From Gemmatimonadales bacterium (GTDB lineage: Bacteria; Gemmatimonadota; Gemmatimonadetes; Gemmatimonadales; GWC2-71-9): 39,975 nucleotides of DNA. The DNA is taken from the NCBI GenBank assembly GCA_041613315.1, contig JBFJHJ010000030.1:1-39975 (forward strand). Reading direction: 5' to 3'. Positions within the stretch are counted from its first letter, which is position 1; every line of letters begins with the position of its first letter. Below the pieces are notes generated by a model. It was given only the letters and a program-made list of their open reading frames with translations. It searched no databases and was not told the DNA's origin. Below, piece by piece: positions 8,339-17,113 of the stretch. The translations under genes were made by a program, and so were the position numbers.

Positions 8339-9115
8339 ATGCCGACCCCTCCCGCCTGTCGTAGCCTCGGGCGGCAGTGTCGCGAACTCGCGCTGACGCT
8401 CCGCATCGCCGACCTCGCCGACGACGGCCCGACTCTCCAAGATGCCGCGACGACGTGGCTGCTCGGACACACCCGGCGGATCACATTCGGTCGACCGTAC
8501 CGCAAGGACGCCGAGCTCCTCGTCGACGCGACCGTGCACGTGCCCTGCAAGTATCTGGCGGTGGACCACGCGGGCAATGGGCGCCCCGGTGCCAGCTGTG
8601 TCGCCCACGGCTTCTCGGGCTCCCTTCCCACGGACACTCAGCCGGAGACTCCCGAGCCGGTTCGGCGGGGGAACGGAACCTACCGCGTCGCCTTCAAGGG
8701 GAAGGGCCGGTGGTTGGACCTGCCGCTCACCCGCGCGGCCCGGCGTGCGCTCCCGGTCTTGGCCGGCGACAACCCCTGCGCCGGAGCCCCCTGCCGGACC
8801 GCCGACAATTCGGGTGGCGCGGCGTGCTGCCGAGATCTCACGCTCGAGGCCGTCGTGCCTGCGTCCGACGGAGCGCTCGAAACGCTCCTCCGCGCGCGGA
8901 AGTCGCCATATCTCTGCAAAGTCACGCGTACCGATGAGACCACGGTGGAGTGTGAGGTGATCTCCGCCTGCGCCTACTTGGAGACCGATGGGGTCAGCTG
9001 CGGGCTGCACGACCGTTTGCTCCCCAACAATCAGCTCGCTAAACCTTCGATCTGCCGAGAGTGGCCTGACCTGGACGACGACGAGCTCGCGCACCCGGGG
9101 TGCGTCTTTGCGTGA
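8339..9115 (+). CDS. Cysteine-cluster protein, YkgJ/CxxCxxCC-like (putative Fe-S or Zn binding)
   Basis: CAGAPC...AACC, CAYL....SCGLH....KPSICREWP, plus an N-terminal degenerate copy (PCKYL...SCVAH). Confidence 0.6.
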   Translation: MPTPPACRSLGRQCRELALTLRIADLADDGPTLQDAATTWLLGHTRRITFGRPYRKDAELLVDATVHVPCKYLAVDHAGNGRPGASCVAHGFSGSLPTDTQPETPEPVRRGNGTYRVAFKGKGRWLDLPLTRAARRALPVLAGDNPCAGAPCRTADNSGGAACCRDLTLEAVVPASDGALETLLRARKSPYLCKVTRTDETTVECEVISACAYLETDGVSCGLHDRLLPNNQLAKPSICREWPDLDDDELAHPGCVFA

Positions 9116-9120
9116 AACAT

Positions 9121-9238
9121 TATCCGTGCTCCGTCGTCCGCAGGCGGCTGCACTCGCAGACGGTCAGCCAAGCCCGGAAGGGCGGATTCCGGCGCCGGTG
9201 CCGTCCCACGGATAGCGGACAACGGAAAACGGAGAACG
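9121..9238. repeat. Intergenic element with inverted arms of 7-bp tandem units
   Basis: Left arm TATCCGT GCTCCGT CGTCCGC (9121-9141); right arm ACGGATA GCGGACA ACGGAAA ACGGAGA (9208-9235). Confidence 0.6.
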
Positions 9239-9255
9239 TTCGTTCAGGAGCGCCC

Positions 9256-10416
9256 ATGCCCCGCCCTCCCCACGCCCCCGAGATCGCCCCCGACGAACTC
9301 GTCCGTGCCGTCGAGCGCGGCGACGCGCTCCAAGTGCTGGACGTGCGTGCGCCGGCCCGCGTGGCCGCCGGCCGGATCGATCTCGTACCGCCCGCGCGGT
9401 TCCACAACATCGTCGGCTCGCGCCTCCTCACGCTGCGCTCGCCCGACGGCATCGAGCTCGACCGGTCGGTCCCGGTGGCGGTCGTCTGTGGTCACGGCAA
9501 CAGCAGCCGCCAGGCCACTCTCCACCTCAACCAACTCGGCTATACCGCACGCTCGCTCCGAGGCGGGATGGCGGCGTGGATGCTGCTCACCACCCCCCGG
9601 GAGTTGCCACCGGGGCCGGCCCTCGACCGGCTTGTGCAGCTGGACCGTGTGGGCACGGGGGCACTGGGGTATGTGCTGGTGAGCGACGGCGAGGCGTTCA
9701 TCATCGATCCGCCCCGGCGGCCGGACACCTTCGTCGAGGCCGCGCAGGCGGCGGGTGCGCGGGTGGTCGGCGTAGCCGACACCCACTGCCATGCCGACTA
9801 CATCAGCGGTGGTCCGGCGCTCGCACAGCGACTGGCCGTGCCCTACTACCTGCACCCGGCCGACGCGGTCTATCCGTACGACGGCACCCCGGGCACCGTC
9901 CAGTTCCAGCCCGTCGAGCACGGCGAGGCGCTCCGCGTGGGACGCGCGGAGCTGCAGGTCGTCCACACCCCTGGACACACGGCGGGGAGTGTCACCTTCG
10001 TGCTGGACGCTCAGGCAGCCTTCACCGGGGACTTCGTGTTCGTGCAGTCGGTGGGCCGACCCGATCTGGCGGGCAAGACGGAAGAGTGGCTCGAGGACCT
10101 GTGGCGGAGCCTCGAGACGGCCCGGCGAGCGTGGTCGGCGGATCTCATGGTCTGGCCGGCCCACTACGGCTCGGAGGGCGAGCGTCGCCCGGACCGTTCG
10201 GTGGGTGGGCGGTTCGGCGATCTGCCCGCCGGGAACGAGCCGCTCGCGATCGGCGACTTCCCCCGCTTTCGTGCCTGGGTGCTGGCCCGGGCCGGCAGCT
10301 TTCCGGATGCCTACCGCACGATCAAAGCCATCAACATCGGCCTCGAAGCCGCCGACGATCTCCGGGCCGAGGAGCTGGAGGTGGGTCGCAACGAGTGTGC
10401 CCTGGGCGGCGCCTGA
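9256..10416 (+). CDS. Rhodanese + metallo-beta-lactamase-fold fusion (YrkH-like sulfurtransferase/persulfide dioxygenase)
   Basis: SD AGGAG. Rhodanese LDVR...VVCGHGNSS...SLRGGM.AW; MBL DTHCHADY, HTPGHT, FTGD.VF...GRPD, PAH; C-terminal NECA. Confidence 0.8.
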   Translation: MPRPPHAPEIAPDELVRAVERGDALQVLDVRAPARVAAGRIDLVPPARFHNIVGSRLLTLRSPDGIELDRSVPVAVVCGHGNSSRQATLHLNQLGYTARSLRGGMAAWMLLTTPRELPPGPALDRLVQLDRVGTGALGYVLVSDGEAFIIDPPRRPDTFVEAAQAAGARVVGVADTHCHADYISGGPALAQRLAVPYYLHPADAVYPYDGTPGTVQFQPVEHGEALRVGRAELQVVHTPGHTAGSVTFVLDAQAAFTGDFVFVQSVGRPDLAGKTEEWLEDLWRSLETARRAWSADLMVWPAHYGSEGERRPDRSVGGRFGDLPAGNEPLAIGDFPRFRAWVLARAGSFPDAYRTIKAINIGLEAADDLRAEELEVGRNECALGGA

Positions 10417-10425
10417 GCGCCGCCG

Positions 10426-11559
10426 TCACCGGCCGCGACGGATCTCCTCGCGGATCCGCTCGAAGACGTCGGCGTCCAGGGCGTACACGCGCTCGAAGGC
10501 GCTCACCGTGAAGCTCTCGGTCGCCCCCACGGCGCTCAGGAACGCCCGCCGGTACTTCGCCGCGAGCGTCGGCGCGTAGAAATCGAGCAACAGGGCGCCG
10601 CACCGCACGGCCGCCCGCCGACGCATGTCGTCGAAGGCCCACCGCCCTCCGAATCGGGCCGTGTCGGCCGCCAGCCCTCGCACCGCCTCATCCACGATCG
10701 GGAAGCACAGTTCCTTGAGGAGCGCAAACGCGCTGGGTTCCGGCGCCTCGGTGAACACCGGCATCATCACGGCGGCCCGGTTCTGGGCCGTCCCGACCGC
10801 CAGGGGGTCGTCGGCGACGATCCGGCCCTCCGGCCCGAGTCCCGGCGACGGCATCACGGTCCCCGCGATGAGCCGCCGCGCCGTGAGGTACCGTGTGAGG
10901 GGCGGCACGATCACGGAATCCCAGACCGCCTGGATGGCCTCGTATCGCGGGGCCTCACGGGCGTGCAGACTGTCCCAGTAGACCCGATAAAACAATTCCC
11001 ATTCGCGCCGCGTGGCCTCGACCAGCGCCTTGAGGGTGCGCCGGCTGCCGCCTTTCTGCACGTCGAAGGCGATCCGCCGCACGCCCTGCGCCACACCGGG
11101 ACCGACGAGCTTCCGGTCGTCGTACTTGCGCTCCGCCACCGCCAGCAGCGCATTGAGCATGCCTTCGGGCTCGGCGCGGGGCATGAAGAGCGGTGCGAAG
11201 TGCAGCACGCCTAGGGCCTCGTCGTCGAGGAACGCCTGCCGGAGCTCAGGCGCCAGGGAGTCCAGCGCGGTGGGATAGATCCCCAGCTCGCGCTTGACCT
11301 CACGAATCCGCTGAGCGTAGTCGGCGCTGTAGAGGCCGAGCGGCCCCGGTTGGTCCGCCCCGATCACCGCGAGCGCGTGAAACCAGAGATCGGCGTGGGC
11401 GGCGGGACGGAAGCGCCAGGCCAGCTCGCCGGTTCGCGGGGCGGGCTGGCCCTGGGCCGCCAGCGCCTTCGTGGCGCCCGTCGAGACGGCACAGAGGAAG
11501 ACCAGGCCCACGCCCCACCGGACACCCGGCCTGGCACTCGAGGGGCTCACGACGCGCAT
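10426..11559 (-). CDS. Hypothetical exported protein
   Basis: Long ORF with a signal-like N-terminus (...LVFLCAVSTGATKALAAQ) and protein-like composition; no family recognised. Start uncertain. Confidence 0.6.
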   Translation of the reverse strand: MRVVSPSSARPGVRWGVGLVFLCAVSTGATKALAAQGQPAPRTGELAWRFRPAAHADLWFHALAVIGADQPGPLGLYSADYAQRIREVKRELGIYPTALDSLAPELRQAFLDDEALGVLHFAPLFMPRAEPEGMLNALLAVAERKYDDRKLVGPGVAQGVRRIAFDVQKGGSRRTLKALVEATRREWELFYRVYWDSLHAREAPRYEAIQAVWDSVIVPPLTRYLTARRLIAGTVMPSPGLGPEGRIVADDPLAVGTAQNRAAVMMPVFTEAPEPSAFALLKELCFPIVDEAVRGLAADTARFGGRWAFDDMRRRAAVRCGALLLDFYAPTLAAKYRRAFLSAVGATESFTVSAFERVYALDADVFERIREEIRRGR

Positions 11560-11652
11560 GGGGAACCACCTTTCGCTGCGTTCCCGCAAGGTAGCCACCG
11601 GTGCCGGCCCCGCAACAACTCCCCGCGCTGTCCGGTCGGCGCTCACGCCATG

Positions 11653-11681
11653 TGTGCACATTCCGCCCGCTCCGTCGTCAT
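11653..11681 (+). promoter_or_regulatory. Candidate ECF sigma promoter upstream of the VIT-vWA/ECF/anti-sigma operon
   Basis: TGTGCACA-N15-CGTCAT about 30 nt before the start codon; resembles ECF promoters with a CGTC -10 element. Confidence 0.35.
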
Positions 11682-11711
11682 AGGGGGTGACTAACAGCGT
11701 CGGAGGGACCC

Positions 11712-13928
11712 ATGCGAGGCATGATCGTCGTGACCGCGGCCACCTTGTGGGCCGCCCCGCTGGCCGCCCAGGGGTGGGTTGAGCCCCCGGACGGGCGGCA
11801 CCCGGGGTTCGGCGTCGTCAAAGAACGCACCGCCGTGACCGTCCGAGTGGTCGGACGCGTCGCGCAGGTCGAGGTCGAGGAGTGGTTCCGGAACCGTGGC
11901 CGCGGGCTCGGCGAGGGGGACTATCTCTACCCGCTGCCGGGGGAAGCCGTCTTCAGCAACTTCTCCCTCTTCCAGGGAGATCAGGAGCTCACCGGCGAGA
12001 CGATGGATGCCGCGCGGGCGCGGGCGATCTACGAAGAGATCGTCCGTCGGAAACGCGACCCCGCCCTGATCGAACTGGCCGGGCACGGTCTCGTCCGCGC
12101 CCGCATCTTTCCGATCAACCCGGGCGAGACTCGGAAGATCACCCTGCGGTACACGCAGGTGCTCGAGCGCGCGGGCGACGCGCTCCAGTTCCGCTACGCG
12201 GCCGGTGCGCGCCACCACGCCGCCGCACCACGGGGCGAGGGTGCTCGCGGCCCCGGATCGGTCGCCGAGCCAGCGCCGCTCACGTTCGTGCTCACGGCGG
12301 ACGCGGATATCGTGGGCCAGCCGTTCTCGCCCACCCACCCTGTCCGCGTCACACGTGAGCGCGGCCGCGTCATGGTGCGACCCGAGGCGGACGGGCCCGG
12401 CCTCCGCGGGGACTTCACCCTGTTCCTGCCGCTCACGCGCGGGCTGGTGGGGCTCACCGTCGCGACGCACAAGCCGTCGGCTGAGGACGGCTACTTCATG
12501 CTCACGTTGAGTCCGCGCGCCCTGGAAGGCGCGACTCTGCCCCGCGACGTGACGGTCGTGCTCGACGTCTCAGGCTCGATGTCCGGGACCAAGCTCGCGC
12601 AGGCCAAAGCGGCGCTCGAGCAGCTGCTCGGCTCGTTCGGTCGGACGGATCGCTTCCGCCTCGTGGCGTTCAGCAACGACGTCCGGGCCGCGCGGGACGA
12701 CTGGACCCCGGCGTCGCCGGCCGCCATCCGGGAGGCGCAGCGCTGGGTGCAGCGCCTCACCGCGGGCGGCGGCACCAACATCGCCGGCGCCTTGGACGAA
12801 GCGTTCCGACTGACCTCGCCGGAGGGCCGGCTCCCGATCGTGGTCTTCGTGACCGATGGCCTGCCGTCCGTCGGCGAGCGCGACCCCGAGCGGATCGCCG
12901 CGCAGGCCGAGGGGTCCCGCGGACGAGCCCGGGTGTTCGCGTTTGGCGTGGGCCACGACGTGAACACGTACCTGCTCGACCGCCTGTCGGTGGCCGGACG
13001 CGGGAGCACGGCATACGTGCAGCCGGGGGACGACGTGGAGCGGGCGCTGGGGACCCTCGCCGCCAAGATCCAACACCCCGTGTTGAGCGATCTGGCGATC
13101 GGCGGGGCGCCGGCGGCGCTGACGGAGATCTATCCGTCGACCCTGCCCGATCTGTTCGCCGGCGAGGAACTGATCGTGTTCGGCCGCTACCGCACGCGCC
13201 GCGATCGCACGGGCGAGGTGACGGTGACCGGTCTCCGCAACGGCCGCACCGAGCGGTTTGCGGCCACCGCCCGCTTCCCCACCCATACACTCGCCAATGA
13301 CTTCATTCCCCGGCTCTGGGCCGCACGGAAGATCGGGGAGCTCTCGCGCACGGCACGGCTCGAGGGGGCGAGCCCCGAGTTGGTTCGGGAAATTCGCGAG
13401 ACGGCGTTCCGTTACGGGATCCTGACCGAATACACGTCATATCTCGTGCAGGAAGCGCCGGGCCTCGCCGGTCGCTCGGGCGGGGTGCGACTCGATGAGG
13501 CCATCGTAGCGGGCACGCCGGCGCCCGCGTCGGCGGTGGGCCGTGAGGCGGTGGCCGCCGCGGAGCGGGCCCGCATGCAGCGGGAAGCGAAGACATCGGC
13601 GGATCTCCAGATCCTGGAGGACGATTTCCGGAAGCAGGGCTACGCTCCCCAGACGCGCCAGGTCGCCGGCCGACTCTTTTCGGAGCAGGCGGGCGTCTGG
13701 ACCGATCTCGCCCACGCGGACTCGCTCCGTGTCGTGGATATCGCGCCGTACAGCGACGCGTACTTCGCCCTGCTCGCCGCAGCTCCGGAGCTCGCGCCAT
13801 ACGTCCAGGCGTTCGAGCAGGTGATGGTGGCGGGACGTCGGGCGAGTGTCCGGTTCGTGGACGGCGGCCTGACATCACTGTCCCCCGAGCGGCTGACGCG
13901 GCTGGTCGCCGAGTTCCGACGGGGCTAA
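11712..13928 (+). CDS. Secreted VIT (vault inter-alpha-trypsin) + von Willebrand factor A domain protein
   Basis: SD GGAGG; signal peptide. VIT ...F.N....EG.Y.YPLP...; vWA MIDAS DVSGSM, GGTNI, TDG; RLWA..KI; YGILTEYTSY. Confidence 0.9.
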   Translation: MRGMIVVTAATLWAAPLAAQGWVEPPDGRHPGFGVVKERTAVTVRVVGRVAQVEVEEWFRNRGRGLGEGDYLYPLPGEAVFSNFSLFQGDQELTGETMDAARARAIYEEIVRRKRDPALIELAGHGLVRARIFPINPGETRKITLRYTQVLERAGDALQFRYAAGARHHAAAPRGEGARGPGSVAEPAPLTFVLTADADIVGQPFSPTHPVRVTRERGRVMVRPEADGPGLRGDFTLFLPLTRGLVGLTVATHKPSAEDGYFMLTLSPRALEGATLPRDVTVVLDVSGSMSGTKLAQAKAALEQLLGSFGRTDRFRLVAFSNDVRAARDDWTPASPAAIREAQRWVQRLTAGGGTNIAGALDEAFRLTSPEGRLPIVVFVTDGLPSVGERDPERIAAQAEGSRGRARVFAFGVGHDVNTYLLDRLSVAGRGSTAYVQPGDDVERALGTLAAKIQHPVLSDLAIGGAPAALTEIYPSTLPDLFAGEELIVFGRYRTRRDRTGEVTVTGLRNGRTERFAATARFPTHTLANDFIPRLWAARKIGELSRTARLEGASPELVREIRETAFRYGILTEYTSYLVQEAPGLAGRSGGVRLDEAIVAGTPAPASAVGREAVAAAERARMQREAKTSADLQILEDDFRKQGYAPQTRQVAGRLFSEQAGVWTDLAHADSLRVVDIAPYSDAYFALLAAAPELAPYVQAFEQVMVAGRRASVRFVDGGLTSLSPERLTRLVAEFRRG

Positions 13929-13938
13929 ACTCGATGCC

Positions 13939-14442
13939 GTGAGCGTCGACTGGGCAGCGGTGTACCGAGCTACGTTCGAGGACCTGGTCCGCTTCCTCCA
14001 CCGGAAGGTGTGGGATGCGGACCGGGCCCACGACCTCGCACAGGAGGCGTTCGTGCGGGCGCTGGATCACAACCCCGAGAACCCGCGCGCGTTTCTCTAT
14101 ACGGTGGCGGGAAACCTGGCCCGTGACGAGGCGCGGGCGGCGGTGCGCCGCCGGCGTCACCTCGAGCTGATCAAGAGTGAGGCGGCGGGGCGGACGGCCC
14201 CGGACCCGGCGGAGCAGCTGGAGGAGCAGCACCGCCGAGAGATGGTGAAGGCCGCGCTCGCGCAGCTGACCGAGCGGGATCGAGACGTCCTACTCCTGTG
14301 GGATGCGGGACTGCGCTACGAAGAGATCGCGAGCCAGACGGGCCTCGCGCCGAAGGCGATCGGGACGACCCTGGCGCGCGCCCGGCGGCGTCTCGTCGAG
14401 GCGTATGACGCGCTGGAGGAGCGACATGTCGCACGTGGATGA
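13939..14442 (+). CDS. ECF RNA polymerase sigma-70 factor
   Basis: Region 2 DRAHDLAQEAF...FLYTVA.NLARD; region 4 L..L..RDR.V..L....LRYEEIA..TG....IGTTLARAR. Confidence 0.95.
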   Translation: MSVDWAAVYRATFEDLVRFLHRKVWDADRAHDLAQEAFVRALDHNPENPRAFLYTVAGNLARDEARAAVRRRRHLELIKSEAAGRTAPDPAEQLEEQHRREMVKAALAQLTERDRDVLLLWDAGLRYEEIASQTGLAPKAIGTTLARARRRLVEAYDALEERHVARG

Positions 14443-15559
14443 AGGCACGCTGCATGCCTACCTGGATGCCGGGGCTCCCGACGCGGGCGCGGACGGGGCG
14501 TGGCAGGACGTAGCGGCGCATCTCGCCGAGTGCGTCGAGTGCCGCGCGCGTCTGGAAGAGGCCGGGGCCGTGCGAGCGCGCGCGGCGGCCATTCTGGACA
14601 CCGCGGGGCCGGCGGAGATTCGGATGCCGCCGTTCGACGAGATTCGGGACCGGGCCAGGGGCGGCCCGTCACGGCGCGGCGGGCCGGCGCGCTATCGGGC
14701 CCTCGCGTGGGCGGCCACGGTGGTGCTCGCGGCCGGTGTGGGGTGGTACGCCGGCTTCATGGCCCGGGCGGAGGCGCCTGGCGCCGAGTCGGCGATCGCG
14801 GCACGCCGGGACGTGGCGGCGGCGCCCTCGCCGGCGGCAGACCTCCCCGCTCCTCGGCCCGCCGGGGAGGAGGCGCGCACCGGATTCGCGCGGGCCCAGC
14901 GGCGGGACGAACCGGGCCGCGCCGGTCAGCGGGAAGCCGACGCCGCCACCGGTGCGCGCCCGCCGGCCGACCAAGCGCCGGCGACACCGGCGCCCGCGGC
15001 GCGCCCGAGCCTGGCGCAGGCGGCAGAGCGCAAGGCCGCCGCCGAACACCCCGACACCGTTCAGCGGGACTCCGTCCGGCGGTTCCCGGCGGAGGGCGCG
15101 ATCCACCTCGAGGAGGTCGTCGTGTCGGGACTCGCGGCCGATGCCGACTCCATCACTGGGGCCGATGCCGGAGGACGCCCGGCATGGCGTCCCGTGAACG
15201 CCGATGCGGCGCAGCGATTCCTGGGCGCTCCGGTCCGGACGGTCGCCGATCTGCCCGCACTCAGCTACGAGGTGGCCGTCGTCGAGGGGGCACCCGCCGT
15301 ACGCGTCGTACAGCAGATCGGACCGGGCACGCTCCTCGAGTTGATCCACCGCCGTGAGGTCGCGATGGCGGACGAAGCACGCGCCGCCGCGGTGCCTCAG
15401 CCCCCAGCGGCGCGGGGGCGAGCGCTTGCCGGCGACGCAGCCGTGGCGCCCGACACGGTCCCCATCGCGTGGATCGTGGTCGACGGCGTCCGTATCCGCG
15501 CCCGCGCCACCGTGGCACCTGATTCTCTGCGGGCGCTGCTGGCGAAGGTGCGGGAGTAG
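14426..15559 (+). CDS. Zinc-binding (ZAS/zf-HC2) transmembrane anti-sigma factor
   Basis: L.AYLD...HLAECVEC (HxxxCxxC), one TM helix (LAWAATVVLAAGVGWY), Ala/Pro-rich extracytoplasmic region; overlaps the ECF gene. Confidence 0.88.
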   Translation: MSHVDEGTLHAYLDAGAPDAGADGAWQDVAAHLAECVECRARLEEAGAVRARAAAILDTAGPAEIRMPPFDEIRDRARGGPSRRGGPARYRALAWAATVVLAAGVGWYAGFMARAEAPGAESAIAARRDVAAAPSPAADLPAPRPAGEEARTGFARAQRRDEPGRAGQREADAATGARPPADQAPATPAPAARPSLAQAAERKAAAEHPDTVQRDSVRRFPAEGAIHLEEVVVSGLAADADSITGADAGGRPAWRPVNADAAQRFLGAPVRTVADLPALSYEVAVVEGAPAVRVVQQIGPGTLLELIHRREVAMADEARAAAVPQPPAARGRALAGDAAVAPDTVPIAWIVVDGVRIRARATVAPDSLRALLAKVRE

Positions 15560-15563
15560 AGGC

Positions 15564-15581
15564 AGGCGCTCGCGAGCGCCT
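15564..15581. terminator. Perfect palindrome between convergent genes (possible bidirectional terminator)
   Basis: AGGCGCTCGCGAGCGCCT lies between the anti-sigma stop (15559) and the xdhC stop (15581); no U-tract. Confidence 0.35.
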
Positions 15582-16600
15582 CAGGCGCTCCGGCGGTGGC
15601 GGATGAGCTGCGCGACGACGGCGACCGCGATCTCGGCGGGCGTGTCCGCCCCAATCGCCTCACCGATCGGCGCGCGCACCCGTTCCAAGGCTTCGACGGG
15701 CACCCCGTCTCGCTCCAGCGCTTTCCAGATCACCAGGCGCTTCCGCGCGCTGCCGAGCATTCCCACATAGCCCGCGCGCGAGGGCGCGACCCGGCCCACG
15801 ATCGCCGCGTCGTAGCTGTGCCCGCGGGTGGTCGCCAGGACGTAATCGTCTTCGTCCAGCTGGAGCCGATCCAGCACGGTGCGGAAATCCTCGACCAGGA
15901 TCTCGTCGGCGCCGGGGCAGCGCTCGGGATTCGCGAACTCGGGCCGGTCGTCCACTACCACGACGGAAAAGCCCGCATGTGCGGCGAGGTGCGCGATCTC
16001 CGCGCCGACATGGCCGGCCCCGAAGATGATGAGCCGCGGGACCCGGGTAATGGGCTCGACCAGCGCGCCGCACTCCTCGTCCACGAACGGCACGCCTCGC
16101 GACGGGTGCCCGCCCACGGCCCCCCGGGTGAGCTCCGGGCCGACCGCGAGGGCCACGCCGCTCACCGACACGGTTTTCCGCGGTCCGCCACGCCAATCGG
16201 CGGCTGTGATCACCGTCGCCGCCTGGCGGCGCTCGATGGCCGTCGCCACCGCACCGTAGAGGCGCACCATTTCCGGAGCGGACACGAGCGGCTCGACGAA
16301 CAGGTCCACCGTACCGCCGCACGACAGGCCGATGTCGCCTGCCACGTCGGCATTCAGCGAGTGGCGCACGAGGGTCGGCCGCCCGGCCCGTGCCGCGTGC
16401 AGCCCCTGCTCGGTCACCTCCGCTTCGACACATCCGCCGCCGACCGTGCCCCAACGCCGGCCGTCGGCCGTCACCAACATCTTGGCGTCCCGGGCCATGG
16501 GAAGGGAGCCCCGGTGACGCGAGACCGTCGCCAACGCGGCGACCGCTCCCGCCGCAGCCACCTCCGCGGCGGCGCGCCAGAGACCGGCTCGCTCCTTCAC
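15581..16600 (-). CDS. xdhC: XdhC/CoxI-family molybdenum cofactor insertion chaperone
   Basis: GS.P...AKM, GTVGGGCVE, GLSCGG.V, FGAGHV, DDRPEF, TRGH..D, YVGMLGS, APIG..IGA.TP.EIA. Confidence 0.9.
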   Translation of the reverse strand: MKERAGLWRAAAEVAAAGAVAALATVSRHRGSLPMARDAKMLVTADGRRWGTVGGGCVEAEVTEQGLHAARAGRPTLVRHSLNADVAGDIGLSCGGTVDLFVEPLVSAPEMVRLYGAVATAIERRQAATVITAADWRGGPRKTVSVSGVALAVGPELTRGAVGGHPSRGVPFVDEECGALVEPITRVPRLIIFGAGHVGAEIAHLAAHAGFSVVVVDDRPEFANPERCPGADEILVEDFRTVLDRLQLDEDDYVLATTRGHSYDAAIVGRVAPSRAGYVGMLGSARKRLVIWKALERDGVPVEALERVRAPIGEAIGADTPAEIAVAVVAQLIRHRRSA

Positions 16601-16950
16601 GACGCCGCCAGCTCCTCGAGCCGCGACGCGGCGCGGCGCAGATGGGGAATCACGATCGAGCCACCTACCACCAGGGCGACCGCGAACGTCTCGTACAGCT
16701 CCGACGTGGTCGCCCCCTCCTCACGGCACCGGACCAGGTGGTAGGTGATGCAGTCGTCGCACCGGAGCACCATCGAGGCGACCAGCCCCAGGAGCTCCTT
16801 CGTCTTGGCGTCCAGGGCGCCGGCCTCGTACGTCCGGGCGTCCAACGCGAAGAACCGGTTGATCGTGAGGTTGCCCGCGGCGTGGATTGCCTGGTTCATC
16901 TTCTCGCGGAAGTGGGCGAATTCCTCGAGGGCGTGGGGTGCGTCCGACAT
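16597..16950 (-). CDS. Carboxymuconolactone decarboxylase / AhpD-like protein
   Basis: GALD.KTKEL.GL..S..LRCDDCI.YH (CxxC) and VVGGSIV.PH. Confidence 0.9.
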   Translation of the reverse strand: MSDAPHALEEFAHFREKMNQAIHAAGNLTINRFFALDARTYEAGALDAKTKELLGLVASMVLRCDDCITYHLVRCREEGATTSELYETFAVALVVGGSIVIPHLRRAASRLEELAAS

Positions 16951-16990
16951 GTGGACTCCGGTCCGTCATTGGAGGAAATCTACCACGGGA

Positions 16991-17046
16991 TGACGGCACA
17001 ACGGCATGACGGCATGGCGGTGCCCCACCGTGCCGTCATGCCGTCC
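16991..17046. repeat. 8-bp tandem units forming a strong hairpin downstream of actF
   Basis: TGACGGCA CAACGGCA TGACGGCA; perfect 14-bp stem 17001-17014 / 17031-17044 plus an inner CGGTG/CACCG stem. Confidence 0.65.
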
Positions 17047-17113
17047 ATCGCTCACGCCGCGCTGTCCGGATACCGCGAACGCCTGGGGGGGCAGTCGCGG
17101 GCTCGCCCGGCGC

